From positions 16,004 to 80,003 of the IMG/VR virus record IMGVR_UViG_3300028833_005988: a DNA stretch of 64,000 nt. One strand, given 5' to 3'. This DNA is from a virus (Duplodnaviria; Caudoviricetes). Position 1 is the stretch's first letter; each line of letters begins with the position of its first letter. Under the pieces are notes generated by a model. It was not told where the DNA came from and did not search any database. It worked only from the letters and a program-made list of their open reading frames with translations. Shown piece after piece: positions 10,498 to 20,925 of this stretch. The translations under genes were made by a program, and so were the position numbers.

Positions 10498-11682
10498 ATG
10501 AAGGCTATGTTAAAAAAAGGATTCCAATATCTCTTGCTTACGGTCATTCTTCTTTCATCTGCTTTACCTCATGCATTGGCAGATTACAATCCCAAATATG
10601 ATACACCTCCTATCCTTAACGCAGGTGATATGCAGCAAAACGATGCGCTTGAAAAAGCGGCAGAAGTTGTTGAAGAAAAATTCGGTGTAAATTCTCAAGA
10701 GCTTCTGCAATCTTGGAATCCAGTAGCAAAATTTGACTGGAATAGTCTTCTGTATGAAGATGATGGCGTATGGACTGTGGTCTTTCATATGGAAACGCCG
10801 AAGATATGGCAGTATGAAGTAATTTTCTCTCGAAGCGGAGAATTGCTTTGGGTAAAAGGATGGGATACGATTTTTTACAAACCCAATTTTAATGTACTTG
10901 ATGATGCCAAGATCGCAACTCCAACTCAAAATGATGCAACAGAGGAACAGGTAATTGCAACTGCTCGGCTCAATTTGCCAGAGCTGTCTGAATATACAGC
11001 GAAAGAAGCTGACAGTTTGAATGTAAAAACATATTTTATTTATCATGTGGCATTTTGCATGGGGAATGCTCCCGTTTGGTATGTTCAATTCTTCGATCAT
11101 GAAACAATGGTGCATGAAATGCTGCTGTCCTATGATGGCGAGGTAATGGACAGTCTTCCTAAAGCCGGAATGTTGTTTTATAATGTCCAGCTTCCAGAAG
11201 AAAATATGGGGGATACTCTTGGTATCAATTTTGTCACTTCTGGTTTTTGGGAAGCAAGCGTAGAGGAAAAAGCAAAACTGTATAATGAATGGAAACCCTT
11301 GGTTGATGCCTATTTGCGTGATCACCCCTATTTGAATAAGAACAATTTGTTGTATGCTGCAACAGATCATGTTTATAGCGTACCTGGTGACAATCATATC
11401 ACTATGGAGCAAGCAACAAAGATTGCAAGAGAAGCCGCAATAGCGCTTGGAGCGGATGAAGGGACATTTGAAAAACGGAATATCGAATACTTTTTCGATG
11501 CTACCGATCCACTTACTCCTGTGTGGAAATTGGTGATTTTCTATGCGAAAGTGCCTATAGAAGAGCTTGGAGAAAATCATAATTTGGCAAACTATCGAGT
11601 AATTATTGACGCAGAGACGGGCGAGGTGCAGGAAGCATTCGAAGTTCCTGATGATATGCGTTTGGTTAATTGGCGCTTTTAA
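10498..11682 (+). CDS. Secreted PepSY-like repeat protein
   Basis: Signal peptide; ITMEQATKIA, PVWKLV, YRVIIDAETGEV motifs. Confidence 0.75.
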   Translation: MKAMLKKGFQYLLLTVILLSSALPHALADYNPKYDTPPILNAGDMQQNDALEKAAEVVEEKFGVNSQELLQSWNPVAKFDWNSLLYEDDGVWTVVFHMETPKIWQYEVIFSRSGELLWVKGWDTIFYKPNFNVLDDAKIATPTQNDATEEQVIATARLNLPELSEYTAKEADSLNVKTYFIYHVAFCMGNAPVWYVQFFDHETMVHEMLLSYDGEVMDSLPKAGMLFYNVQLPEENMGDTLGINFVTSGFWEASVEEKAKLYNEWKPLVDAYLRDHPYLNKNNLLYAATDHVYSVPGDNHITMEQATKIAREAAIALGADEGTFEKRNIEYFFDATDPLTPVWKLVIFYAKVPIEELGENHNLANYRVIIDAETGEVQEAFEVPDDMRLVNWRF

Positions 11683-11694
11683 GAATAAAGATAT

Positions 11695-13532
11695 GGGGCT
11701 GTTGCACTAAGGCGCAACAAAAAAACGGAGAAGTTCGAGAGAACAACTCCGTTTTTTGCTGTATAATGTAACTGTCATGAAACAATATCAGCAAAGAAAT
11801 TATACAGCAAAAGAAACGGCGGTGCAAGTGGTTTTGCCGCTGGATGTGGAGACCATCATCCCGGAAGATGATTCGGTGCGGACGCTCATGAGGATAGCGG
11901 AAAGGATAGATTACACAAAGCTGTCCGGAGCGTACGAGCGGGAGAACCCGCGGGAAGCCACACCGAAGCAGCTGTTCCTGCTGGTGGTCTTGGGATACAT
12001 GGAAGGAAAGTATTCCACGCGCAAAATAGAGAAAGCCTGCAGGACAGATACCTGGTTCATGTGGATTCTGGGTGGAAAGGCTGTGCCGGATCATACGCGT
12101 ATATCGCGTTTTTTGCAGCGGATCAGCGGAGAGATTCTGGAGGAACTGTTTTACCAAGTGATCCACCTGCTGCATGAAGATGGAGAAATCGAATATGAGC
12201 ACTTGTTTGTGGATGGCACGAAGATCGAAGCCAACGCGAACCGGTATACGTTTGTGTGGCGGAAACGGGTGGAAAAAGGAAGAACCAAGCTGGCCGCGAA
12301 GGAAGAGAAACTGGCGGTTGAACTGAGAACGCGGTATGCCTTTGAACTGGAAAACACGAAAGCACCGGAAGAAATGCTGTCCCGGCTGCAAAGGCTGGCA
12401 GAAGAGCGGAAAGTCGTTTTTGTGCACGGCATCGGCAAGCGAAAAACCCAATTGCAGCGGGATATAGAGGCATTGGAAGCGCTGCTGGATAAAGAGCTGG
12501 AATATACAGCGCATATGGAGATTCTTGGAGAACGGAACAGCTATTCCAAGACGGATCACAGCGCCACGTTCATGCGGATGGAAGACGACCATATGCAGAA
12601 CGGGCAGCTGAAGCCTGGATATAACATACAGTTAGGGATCGAGGCGGAATACATCGTAGGCGTGGATGTATCCGGTAATCTGAATGATACACATGCCTTG
12701 CTTCCATTAGTGAAACGCATGGAGGAAAAGGGAAGGATCAAACACTGGGACGAAACAACTGACTCCGGATATGAAACGGAGGAAACATACAGCGGCATGG
12801 CAGAACGGAAACAGCTGGCGTATATCAAACCCCAAAACTACGAAACAAGCAAAAAACGGAGCTTCCGCCAGAACGCGTATTTATGGGAAAACATGCCGTA
12901 TGACGCAGAAAAGAACTGCTTTACCTGTCCGGCGGGGAAAGAGCTGCGATTCATCAGCGATCGAAAACGAAAAACCAAGAGCGGATATGAGCAGACGGTA
13001 AGCATATATCAGGCGGAGAGCTGCACAGGCTGCCCATGCAAGGAGCATTGCACTAAAGCAAAAGAAAACAGGACGGTCCAAGTCAATTGGGCATTCGAGG
13101 CGGCCCGGGCAGCCTCCCGGGAGAGGATCACCAGCGAGAAGGGCATCCTGCTGCGGATCAACCGAACTATCCAATCGGAAGGAGCCTTCGGAGTGCTGAA
13201 AGAGAATCGGCACTTCCGGCGGCTGAGGCGGAGGGGACTGCAGGGAGTATTTGCTGAGATCCTGCTGTACGCGATCGCTTTCAACATAGAAAAACTGCAC
13301 GCCAAAGAACGAGCCGACAGGCTGAAAACCATGCTGTTCTATCCTGATTCTGCATAAGTTTCAGAAAACTGAATCATTCTGGCTTTTTCGATCCTTGAAA
13401 GCCAGGCTGAAAATCGTGACAGTCTTATTTGCGCCCCCGAAAATCCACAATTTTCCTCATTTTCCGGGCACTATACTGCTTGACCGGTTGCAAAAAGGGA
13501 CTGCTGCACTTTTTTCTTAGTGCAACAGCCCC
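11695..13532 (+). mobile_element. IS1182-family insertion sequence
   Basis: 16-bp terminal inverted repeats GGGGCTGTTGCACTAA / TTAGTGCAACAGCCCC around a transposase. Confidence 0.9.
11756..13357 (+). CDS. IS1182-family DDE transposase
   Basis: YSTRKIE, PDHTRISRF, FVDGTKIEANAN, SKTDHSATFMR, LKPGYNIQ, DSGY, Zn-ribbon FTCPAGK, SEGAFGVLK motifs. Confidence 0.95.
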   Translation: MLYNVTVMKQYQQRNYTAKETAVQVVLPLDVETIIPEDDSVRTLMRIAERIDYTKLSGAYERENPREATPKQLFLLVVLGYMEGKYSTRKIEKACRTDTWFMWILGGKAVPDHTRISRFLQRISGEILEELFYQVIHLLHEDGEIEYEHLFVDGTKIEANANRYTFVWRKRVEKGRTKLAAKEEKLAVELRTRYAFELENTKAPEEMLSRLQRLAEERKVVFVHGIGKRKTQLQRDIEALEALLDKELEYTAHMEILGERNSYSKTDHSATFMRMEDDHMQNGQLKPGYNIQLGIEAEYIVGVDVSGNLNDTHALLPLVKRMEEKGRIKHWDETTDSGYETEETYSGMAERKQLAYIKPQNYETSKKRSFRQNAYLWENMPYDAEKNCFTCPAGKELRFISDRKRKTKSGYEQTVSIYQAESCTGCPCKEHCTKAKENRTVQVNWAFEAARAASRERITSEKGILLRINRTIQSEGAFGVLKENRHFRRLRRRGLQGVFAEILLYAIAFNIEKLHAKERADRLKTMLFYPDSA

Positions 13533-13542
13533 AATCATTTCC

Positions 13543-14160
13543 TTATTTATAACCTTCTGCTTTCAGTTGCGTTTTATAACGATTCCAGAGAGAGGTCTTC
13601 GTTTTAGAGCCGACAACCCCATCGGGGGTGCCACATTCGCTCTTATACTTTTTCTGATAAGCAAAAACTGCAGCTTCAGTATCATCACCAAATACACCGT
13701 CAATATCACTTCTGCTCATATAGCCAGCATAATACATGCAAAGCTGAATGTTGCGGACGCTGTTGCCCTGATGGCCGTTTTTAATATTATTGATATTGTC
13801 ACAATTGAAAGCTTCGCCCTGGCTTTGCGGATGGTCAGACGAAGAAGGACCACCATAGGTTCCATCGGAGAACCTCATAAACTTTCCCATAACATATCCA
13901 GTTTTATTGCCGTAGGTAGTTTTATACCAAATATCTGTTTTGTAGGTATAAGCGACAGTAAGAACTGTGTTGTTAGGAATAGTCTGAATGACTTTAGCGC
14001 CGGAACTGGCAGTTTTACGCATGTTTAAAGAACCACCATTCCCGCGCGGAGAATAGGTATCAACAGTAGCGGTACTCGTGGCAGCCATAGCTGGGATGGC
14101 AATAGCCATAATGGATATGATCGCCAGAATCAGAGCGACGATCTTCTTGATATTTTTCAT
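13543..14160 (-). CDS. Secreted SH3-like plus peptidoglycan-binding domain protein
   Basis: Signal peptide; SLNMRKTAS...WYKTTYGNKTGYV; IDGVFGDDTEAAVFAYQ...DGVVGSKT. Confidence 0.85.
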   Translation of the reverse strand: MKNIKKIVALILAIISIMAIAIPAMAATSTATVDTYSPRGNGGSLNMRKTASSGAKVIQTIPNNTVLTVAYTYKTDIWYKTTYGNKTGYVMGKFMRFSDGTYGGPSSSDHPQSQGEAFNCDNINNIKNGHQGNSVRNIQLCMYYAGYMSRSDIDGVFGDDTEAAVFAYQKKYKSECGTPDGVVGSKTKTSLWNRYKTQLKAEGYK

Positions 14161-14510
14161 TGTCTTTAATTTCCTTTCATTTTGGGCGTACGAAATACAT
14201 CGAAGTGCAGCCCTTTGTTTTTTTGATTTTGAAGTTTTGTAATTTGGGGTTATACTGATGAAAGCACTTTTTTCATTCTGTGCTGTTGCGTGCTATGATT
14301 CCTTGTAGAACATCCATCCCCATCTCTTTGAGGATGGCAGCGGCCAAGCTCGTTTTACAGAATCATCCACGCCGTGGATCAGATCAATGGAATCACCACT
14401 TTCTTCGTTTTGCTGCCGTGGGTTTCATTCCCTCAGCGCAGTTATAGTATAAGGCATATCCAGCAGTTTGAAAATTGAAGAGGTTGAGCAGTTTCCGAGA
14501 AGATTTCAAG
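14161..14510 (-). repeat. Conserved leader, copy 3
   Basis: Near-identical to 5793-6141. Confidence 0.9.
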
Positions 14511-14575
14511 CAATTTCAATAGCAAACGAATAAAAAAACCACCCTTTGAATTGGGGTGGCAGACAAGAAGAATTG

Positions 14576-14983
14576 TCAATCGTTATCATCTTCAGGCGGT
14601 AGCGGTTCCAGATCGCCAAAGAGCGAAAGAATCAAATCCCGATGGCTTTCACAGAAATAGACGATCTTTTTCAGAGCCGTAGCCTGATATTTTACCAATG
14701 TGCGCTGACTTCGTGTAAACATCCCTTTCCATCGCTCTTCAAACACAAACTCGACACGAGGCCATTCTAATTCATCTATCAGATGCTTTTGGATAACAAA
14801 TGCTTCATCTGCGTTGAGTAGCTTCAGCCAGCTTTGAATGGTGGTGATTTTCATTTGGTCGATTGCCAATGCATCCCGCATATCATCATTTTTCTTATAT
14901 GCGAGCCATTTTTCAAAAAGCTCTGTTTCTGAAACATAGGCATTGTATTGGTGCAATGCCGCACGAACTAATCCTTCCATCAT
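14576..14983 (-). CDS. ArpU-like / sigma region 4-like transcription regulator
   Basis: RBS GGAGG before ATG 14983; WLKLLNADEAFVIQKHLIDELEW; paralogous to 15292-15693. Confidence 0.6.
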   Translation of the reverse strand: MMEGLVRAALHQYNAYVSETELFEKWLAYKKNDDMRDALAIDQMKITTIQSWLKLLNADEAFVIQKHLIDELEWPRVEFVFEERWKGMFTRSQRTLVKYQATALKKIVYFCESHRDLILSLFGDLEPLPPEDDND

Positions 14984-15291
14984 TTCCCTCCGTTCTTTAT
15001 TATCCTGGTAGCAGCGGGCGAGAAAACGATAGAGCTTTACACATGGAATGAACTGTGTTATACTATCATTGTCCTTGTAGAACAACCATCTTTTTGAAGA
15101 TGGCAGCGGCCAAGCTCGTTTTACAGGGACTTTTTTTCTCGCTTGTTTTTCGTATTTCCCAAGCATCTTTCTCTCTTTCCTCCTCTCCGATGGTGTTGGG
15201 ATTGATTACGCAATCATTATAGCTGAACCAGCATTGAATTGAGAACGGCAAAGGCATGACAATAGATCGCTCATTCCACGACAAAGAGGTG

Positions 15292-15693
15292 TCAATTTGC
15301 AGACTTCTCATTTTCTACTAGGAAATCCAAACTGCTTCCAAACGATTTGTTCATAAGAGCGCTAATATTTTGAATAGCTCTAGCCTGCTGGCGTTGCAAC
15401 GTCCTTTCATCACAGGGGATCGTGCTATTGGATTCCATGTCAATCTGATTGGCGATATATGACCACGGCTTGTTCTGGATCAGATGAAGTTGAACGACAT
15501 TTCTCTCCTCCGGTGATAAATAATTCAGCCAATGGTCAACAAGCGCCATTCGCCGTTTCAGCAAGGAAAAGTGCATGGCCTGCTCTGCGGATGCAGCGTC
15601 ATGGAGTTCATCAGAACAGTCACGAATAATGGATAACTCCGCTTCACATTGCCGCTTCTGCTGGAAAAGTTGAATAATGTTTTGTTCCGTCAT
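15292..15693 (-). CDS. ArpU-like / sigma region 4-like transcription regulator
   Basis: WLNYLSPEERNVVQLHLIQNKPWSYIA...RTLQRQQARA. Confidence 0.6.
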   Translation of the reverse strand: MTEQNIIQLFQQKRQCEAELSIIRDCSDELHDAASAEQAMHFSLLKRRMALVDHWLNYLSPEERNVVQLHLIQNKPWSYIANQIDMESNSTIPCDERTLQRQQARAIQNISALMNKSFGSSLDFLVENEKSAN

Positions 15694-15881
15694 AATTTAC
15701 TCCTTAACCTTTGCAGCTTAATGGATAGATGATGCTTTTTTAAATTCTTTTGAAAAGATCCTCTTTTTGGCAGTAAAAAATAGAGAACAGCAGAAATACT
15801 TATCCATACTTCTGCCGCTCCCATGATCCCGCATAGCCTGCTATCGTCGAGCCATGGCACATCTGTTGTATTTTGTATTGG

Positions 15882-16406
15882 TTAGCTGTCGGCTTGCGAA
15901 TCAAGCAGAACACGAATACGCCTTTTTGCCTTAAACCAATACTTGCGAACAGTACCTGGAGCAATATTCATTATTGTCGCAATGCTGTTTGTTGAATGCA
16001 TCTCAAATTTCAGCTTTAGGACTTGTGCTTCTCGCGGCGGCAAGAAAGAGAGACCCAACATTATGATTGAACTGTCAATTCCCGGGCTGTTCCAATCATA
16101 TTCATCGCCAATTTGTGATAGATATAAGGATCTCATCTCATTTTGGTGTTCGTAACATGAATATCTTTTTTGGCGACGTATGTAGTCTATGGAGCAATTA
16201 TGAACACATCGCATAATATATGCTTTGATAGCATAGTCCTCCAATTTTTGTAATGTGTCCATGTGCCTGATAATTGAAAGCCAACAATCGCTAGCAACAT
16301 CTTCGGCGTCCTGTGAATTCCGAACATAGCGATATGCAGCGCTGACCATTAGCGGATGAAAGTTGGAGAATATATTTATTATTAATCTATTCACTTCATC
16401 ATTCAT
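15882..16406 (-). CDS. ECF sigma factor
   Basis: DAEDVASD, region 4 LPPREAQVL...IATIMNIAPGTV. Confidence 0.85.
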   Translation of the reverse strand: MNDEVNRLIINIFSNFHPLMVSAAYRYVRNSQDAEDVASDCWLSIIRHMDTLQKLEDYAIKAYIMRCVHNCSIDYIRRQKRYSCYEHQNEMRSLYLSQIGDEYDWNSPGIDSSIIMLGLSFLPPREAQVLKLKFEMHSTNSIATIMNIAPGTVRKYWFKAKRRIRVLLDSQADS

Positions 16407-16407
16407 A

Positions 16408-16806
16408 TCAGTATGTGATAGTGCCCGTGTATTTAGTAGTGGATTCTAACGATTTCCCATTCTCATCACTCACATTGATAATGGCAGACATACGATATTT
16501 CCCTGAAGATGCTGGAATATCAATTGTTGAATATGAACTTCTTTCAAATACAAGAGCTTCGGTCCTGACGGTTGTCCATCCTCCGTTTGAATTCTGTTTC
16601 TGCAGTTTCAAAGTAATGGTGGCCTTATCACCAGGGGTTAAGTTGACTCTCACGCTTCCCTGGATAGAACTCCCATTTATTAGTATTTTGACCTGGAATC
16701 CACCGCCTGAGTATGCGTTGACAGAGTATGCATCTGCAACGGACGATGACATTGTGATGGTCGCCAAGAGGGTTACAGTTACAAGTAAAGCCAAGATTTT
16801 TTTCAT
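16408..16806 (-). CDS. Small secreted protein
   Basis: Signal peptide MKKILALLVTVTLLA; beta-rich mature part. Confidence 0.7.
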   Translation of the reverse strand: MKKILALLVTVTLLATITMSSSVADAYSVNAYSGGGFQVKILINGSSIQGSVRVNLTPGDKATITLKLQKQNSNGGWTTVRTEALVFERSSYSTIDIPASSGKYRMSAIINVSDENGKSLESTTKYTGTITY

Positions 16807-16879
16807 GAGAAAACCTCCTTAATTTGTGTTCCACATATATACACAAATCAGCAGGCACTTTTGTGACACATTTTTCAAA

Positions 16880-17656
16880 TTATTTTTTTATCATCCTAAC
16901 TGATTCTGCAATTCGTATAGCTTCGCCTGTTTCAATTCCATAAGTTACAAGGTCAAACCAGTTGTTATCTAATGCCCAGACGATTGTCACGTTATGGATG
17001 TTGTTATGATATCCATCAATAATAGTAGCTTCTGCACCACGAATAACTGTCGTACTGATGACAGCGTTTTCTGTTCCTCGCATTTCAGTTGTTTCTTCAT
17101 CCAGTTCAGAGAACAGAATTGTTTTATTATCATCTGCCGCCAGTTCGATACTATGAAATAAGTCAACATAATCTATAACTTCAAAGTCACTTGGAATATA
17201 TGATGGGTAATACATTCCGGTCCATACTTCTGGAACAGAAAATGAAGATTCAGCATCTTCCTCAAATGAGAAATGGGCTTCTTGATTTTCATTGTCTATC
17301 TCCGCCAGTAATTGCATCACTCTTGAACGAAAATAGGCAGAATTTGCTAATGCAATCGGCGTAGCGATTCCTGCAATCAATATGATGCTGGCCGCAACTT
17401 GAACGAATTTGGGCACTACCTTTTTCGCAGCAGAAGAAAACTGGATGATCTTCTTTCTACGTTCTTTCTTCTCTGACTTATCAATAGCCACCTGGAATAT
17501 CCGCTTGGCTTCTTCCTCTTCCTCGGGTGACAGTGTTGGATCTGGTGTATCAAGGATCTTCTGAATTTCCTCTTCTTCTTCCTTCATAAATGCTAATTGG
17601 ATCATCATATCCAGGTGCCGATCCTGCAATGTTCTCCTATCTGATTGCTGGCTCAT
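16880..17656 (-). CDS. Anti-sigma-like membrane protein (DUF4367-like C-terminus)
   Basis: One TM segment; YYPSYIPSDF and C-terminal IVW...EAIRIAESV; directly downstream of a sigma gene. Confidence 0.75.
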   Translation of the reverse strand: MSQQSDRRTLQDRHLDMMIQLAFMKEEEEEIQKILDTPDPTLSPEEEEEAKRIFQVAIDKSEKKERRKKIIQFSSAAKKVVPKFVQVAASIILIAGIATPIALANSAYFRSRVMQLLAEIDNENQEAHFSFEEDAESSFSVPEVWTGMYYPSYIPSDFEVIDYVDLFHSIELAADDNKTILFSELDEETTEMRGTENAVISTTVIRGAEATIIDGYHNNIHNVTIVWALDNNWFDLVTYGIETGEAIRIAESVRMIKK

Positions 17657-17658
17657 TG

Positions 17659-18216
17659 CTATGCTCCTTCGTAGATGGTCACTTTAAGATGCTTTCTTGC
17701 ACGTTCAATATACTTGCGAACGCTGCTTTCAGCCAAGCCGACAATTTCGGCGATTTCTTTATCGGACTGCCCCTCAAAGTATTTGAGATGTAATATCTCT
17801 CTTTCTTTTTCGGGCAAGTGATGAATTGCCTGTCTTACGGTGTCTATTTCAGCATCGAATGCGATTTTTCCCTCCGTTGTTTCTTTTTCAGGCATTTGTT
17901 CCATCACCTCGTTATCAATATGCTGGAACCTTGCATTTTCCCGTTGCTTTTTTCTCCAATGGTTAATTGCGGTGTTCCTAACAATATTGACGATATACGA
18001 GCGCATTTCGTGGTCTTCCATGGTGCGTAATTTTTGTAAATTATCAATCATGGAAACGCAGCTATCTGAAACAATATCTTCTACTTCTGCTTTTACTCTG
18101 GTGAATGACCAGGCCACCTTTAGCATTAAAGTGTGGTATTTGATATATATGTCAGTCATGTATGACCGATCTTCTTCAGAGTTAATAGCCATAATAACTG
18201 CCGGAATTACTATCAT
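17659..18216 (-). CDS. ECF sigma factor
   Basis: VEDIVSD, SYIVNIVRNTAINHWRK, LPEKEREILHLKY...EIAEIVG; ends in TAG. Confidence 0.9.
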   Translation of the reverse strand: MIVIPAVIMAINSEEDRSYMTDIYIKYHTLMLKVAWSFTRVKAEVEDIVSDSCVSMIDNLQKLRTMEDHEMRSYIVNIVRNTAINHWRKKQRENARFQHIDNEVMEQMPEKETTEGKIAFDAEIDTVRQAIHHLPEKEREILHLKYFEGQSDKEIAEIVGLAESSVRKYIERARKHLKVTIYEGA

Positions 18217-18392
18217 TCTTTTTAGCCCTCCAAATGTGTTCTCAATGTTAATACCTGCATGCACGATTGGGGGTTGAAACTCTGTTTAGAGCCACATCCA
18301 TTATAAACTATAGACAGGTATTATCAAGTGAATAATAATCTTTCAAATTGTAGTTAACGAGTATACTATCAAGAATTATAATAAGTTGGCTA

Positions 18393-18650
18393 TTAAATAG
18401 ATTGATACGGAAGAGGAGGAAAAAGATCTGAGATATTCACTTGTAATGCTTGAGCAATGATAAACAAATCTGAATCTGAAACAGCAATTTGTCTGCCTTC
18501 AATTCTTGACAATTTGGATTGAGAGATATCTGCATTTAACAGTTGAATTTTGATAATAAGTTCACCTTGTCCAATGCCTTTTGCCTTTCTAATTTGACTG
18601 ATGCGATCGCCAACAATGTTGCAATCGCCACATTTTGATCTGCGACGCAT
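18393..18650 (-). CDS. XRE-family HTH regulator
   Basis: NIVGDRISQIR...SQSKLSRIEG...IAQALQV. Confidence 0.85.
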   Translation of the reverse strand: MRRRSKCGDCNIVGDRISQIRKAKGIGQGELIIKIQLLNADISQSKLSRIEGRQIAVSDSDLFIIAQALQVNISDLFPPLPYQSI

Positions 18651-20327
18651 CGTTTTCTCCCTTCTCGAAACTTCAATGTAATTATAAATTGTAAAAACGT
18701 GTCCTTTTTGCACCTGGTGCATATACAGAAACTATTTTGCACCGCATGCATTTAGCCGCAGAGAAAAAGGCCTTATTTTACCATAAGACATATAAGTAAT
18801 AGTACAATTTGAAACTCCTTATCATTCATGTTCGTCAAACATAAGTAGAGACAACAAAAAACATGAATCGAAAAAGCGGAAAATATAACGAGAAAAATGG
18901 AACTCTCGAAGACGAATTATCTGCTTTCAGCACAAGTATTTTTGATCTCACAATGATTTCTCGATATGGTCTCGTATTATTTGCAATAATCAATTTCTTT
19001 TATTTTTTGACCCGTATTGAATTCTGAACATATCTGAACAAGTTTAATATGTAAATTACCTTCAGAAACTGAAGCGTACAGAACAATTCAGTGTTAGATA
19101 TGGTGGGATGGCTCTTCCGCAAGGAAACGCAAAGAGCTATATATAATAGTAGAAACTGAAATTCAGGATGTCATATGACAGGGACAGGGGTTTTTCTGGC
19201 CGCGGTTCGTTTTCGGACGTAAACGGGACATAATATAGCATTATGACGCCATTTTTCCGGGGCTTTTCCCCGGTTCATCCTGGACCCGGACGGGGCTTTT
19301 TTGTGCGCTTTTCCTGGGCCTCTATTCGCTGCACGGCGGGACGATTTCCGCCTGCTTGTGTTGTCCTGGTATCCATCCCCGCCATTTTTGCCCCGCTTTC
19401 CTGGCCCCGGACGGGGTGAAAATTTGCCCCATTCCTGCCCCGTCTGGCGGGGAGAATAGGGCCATTTTTTCGCTTTTGCGCATAGATTGAAAGAATTTTG
19501 CGTCAAAAAATCCTGTCAACTCGGAAAAAAGGCTAAAGTTTTTTAAAAATCTTTGTGCATATTTCACATTTTGAAAAATGGCCGAAAATTATTTTGTTTC
19601 TAAAGACCGCGAAAAAACGCGAATCACCCCGGCGGCAAAATGGACGGGGCGGCGAAAAAAACGGGGCTTATACTGGCGGTGCTGAAAGGTGGCGGGCGAA
19701 AATCCCCCGCTGGACGGTGACAAGCTCGAAAGGGGTGATGCCTGGGAAAGCGGTCACGGCTGATTGTGACACCTGCAAACATGGTCAACTGTTTGGGCAA
19801 CATGGGCCAATCATGGCGCGTCAAGTGGGAGGCTTGACGGGTGACGCCTTATAGTCTGCACTGTGATTCCCATAGGCGGCGAATAAGCGGGAAAGCGCGA
19901 AAAAAGGCCAGTTTTGTGGGCACAGGGAAAAAAGCGAATAGCACAAGGCGGGCAAGCGGCACGGCGTGCAGGAATCTTTTCAGGTTCGACATAGGTTGCA
20001 TGGCGGCTGTATTCTTGGCTTGCGGCAGGGCCCAGGGCTACCCATCTGTTTGGATGGGCTGGAGAATGCCGCGGAAAAGCTGGGCTTATAGCTTGGTGGG
20101 AATTATGTCAATGCGAGTGCCTTTATGTCCTGCGATTGGTGACGGAATCAGCCTATCTCTGTTTGGATTTAGGAATCAGTCTCCGCTTGTCTGTTTTGTG
20201 TGTAGACTTGCCCGCGTCGTACAAAGGGCGCGGGCTGTCTGTCCCCACGGTAAAAGTCCGTGGGCTGACGATGGCATGACGCCGAAACAGACAACACACA
20301 GGAACAAAAAAAGAAAGGGGTATCACT

Positions 20328-20906
20328 ATGTCCAAGAAGAACACCGGCAACACCACCACCATGGAGAACACCGCTGTCACCACCAACACCACCACCAGCA
20401 ACAAAAAGGAGGATACCACTATGAAGAACACTACCACCACCAGCACCGCGAACAACAATACCAGCACCATGTCCGCCCAGGAGTTCAAGCAGAAGTCCTA
20501 TGATGCCTACCTGGCCTATGTCGCTTTCATTGAAGGCCAGAAGTCTATCTCCGAAACCATGGAAGCCCTGTCCCCGCTCATGTCCGCCTATGGCTTCACC
20601 CTGACCGTGGACAACCTGGCCAACCTGCTGACCGTCAAGATGACCGCCTTCGGTAAGGACAAGGGCGAGCAGGCCAAGAAGGTGAAGTCCATCTCTACCT
20701 TCCGGGCTTTCGTGAAGGGCGGCTGGCAGGATGTGGCTGCGGCTCCCGTACACTCCAACGCCGGCAAGAACCCCGCCGATGTGAAGCAGACCACCAAGGC
20801 CAAGGGCCCCACCAAGGCTGAACTGGAAGAAAAGAACGCCGCCCTGCTGGCTGAACTGGAAGCCCTCCGCGCCGCCGCTGCCGCTAAAGAAGCGAAGGCC
20901 GCCTGA
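20328..20906 (+). CDS. Hypothetical protein with Thr/Asn-rich N-terminus and Ala/Lys-rich helical C-terminus
   Basis: 192-aa ORF with strong C/G third-position codon bias; terminator follows. Confidence 0.8.
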   Translation: MSKKNTGNTTTMENTAVTTNTTTSNKKEDTTMKNTTTTSTANNNTSTMSAQEFKQKSYDAYLAYVAFIEGQKSISETMEALSPLMSAYGFTLTVDNLANLLTVKMTAFGKDKGEQAKKVKSISTFRAFVKGGWQDVAAAPVHSNAGKNPADVKQTTKAKGPTKAELEEKNAALLAELEALRAAAAAKEAKAA

Positions 20907-20925
20907 TTCCCTGCCCCTCTGTCCT

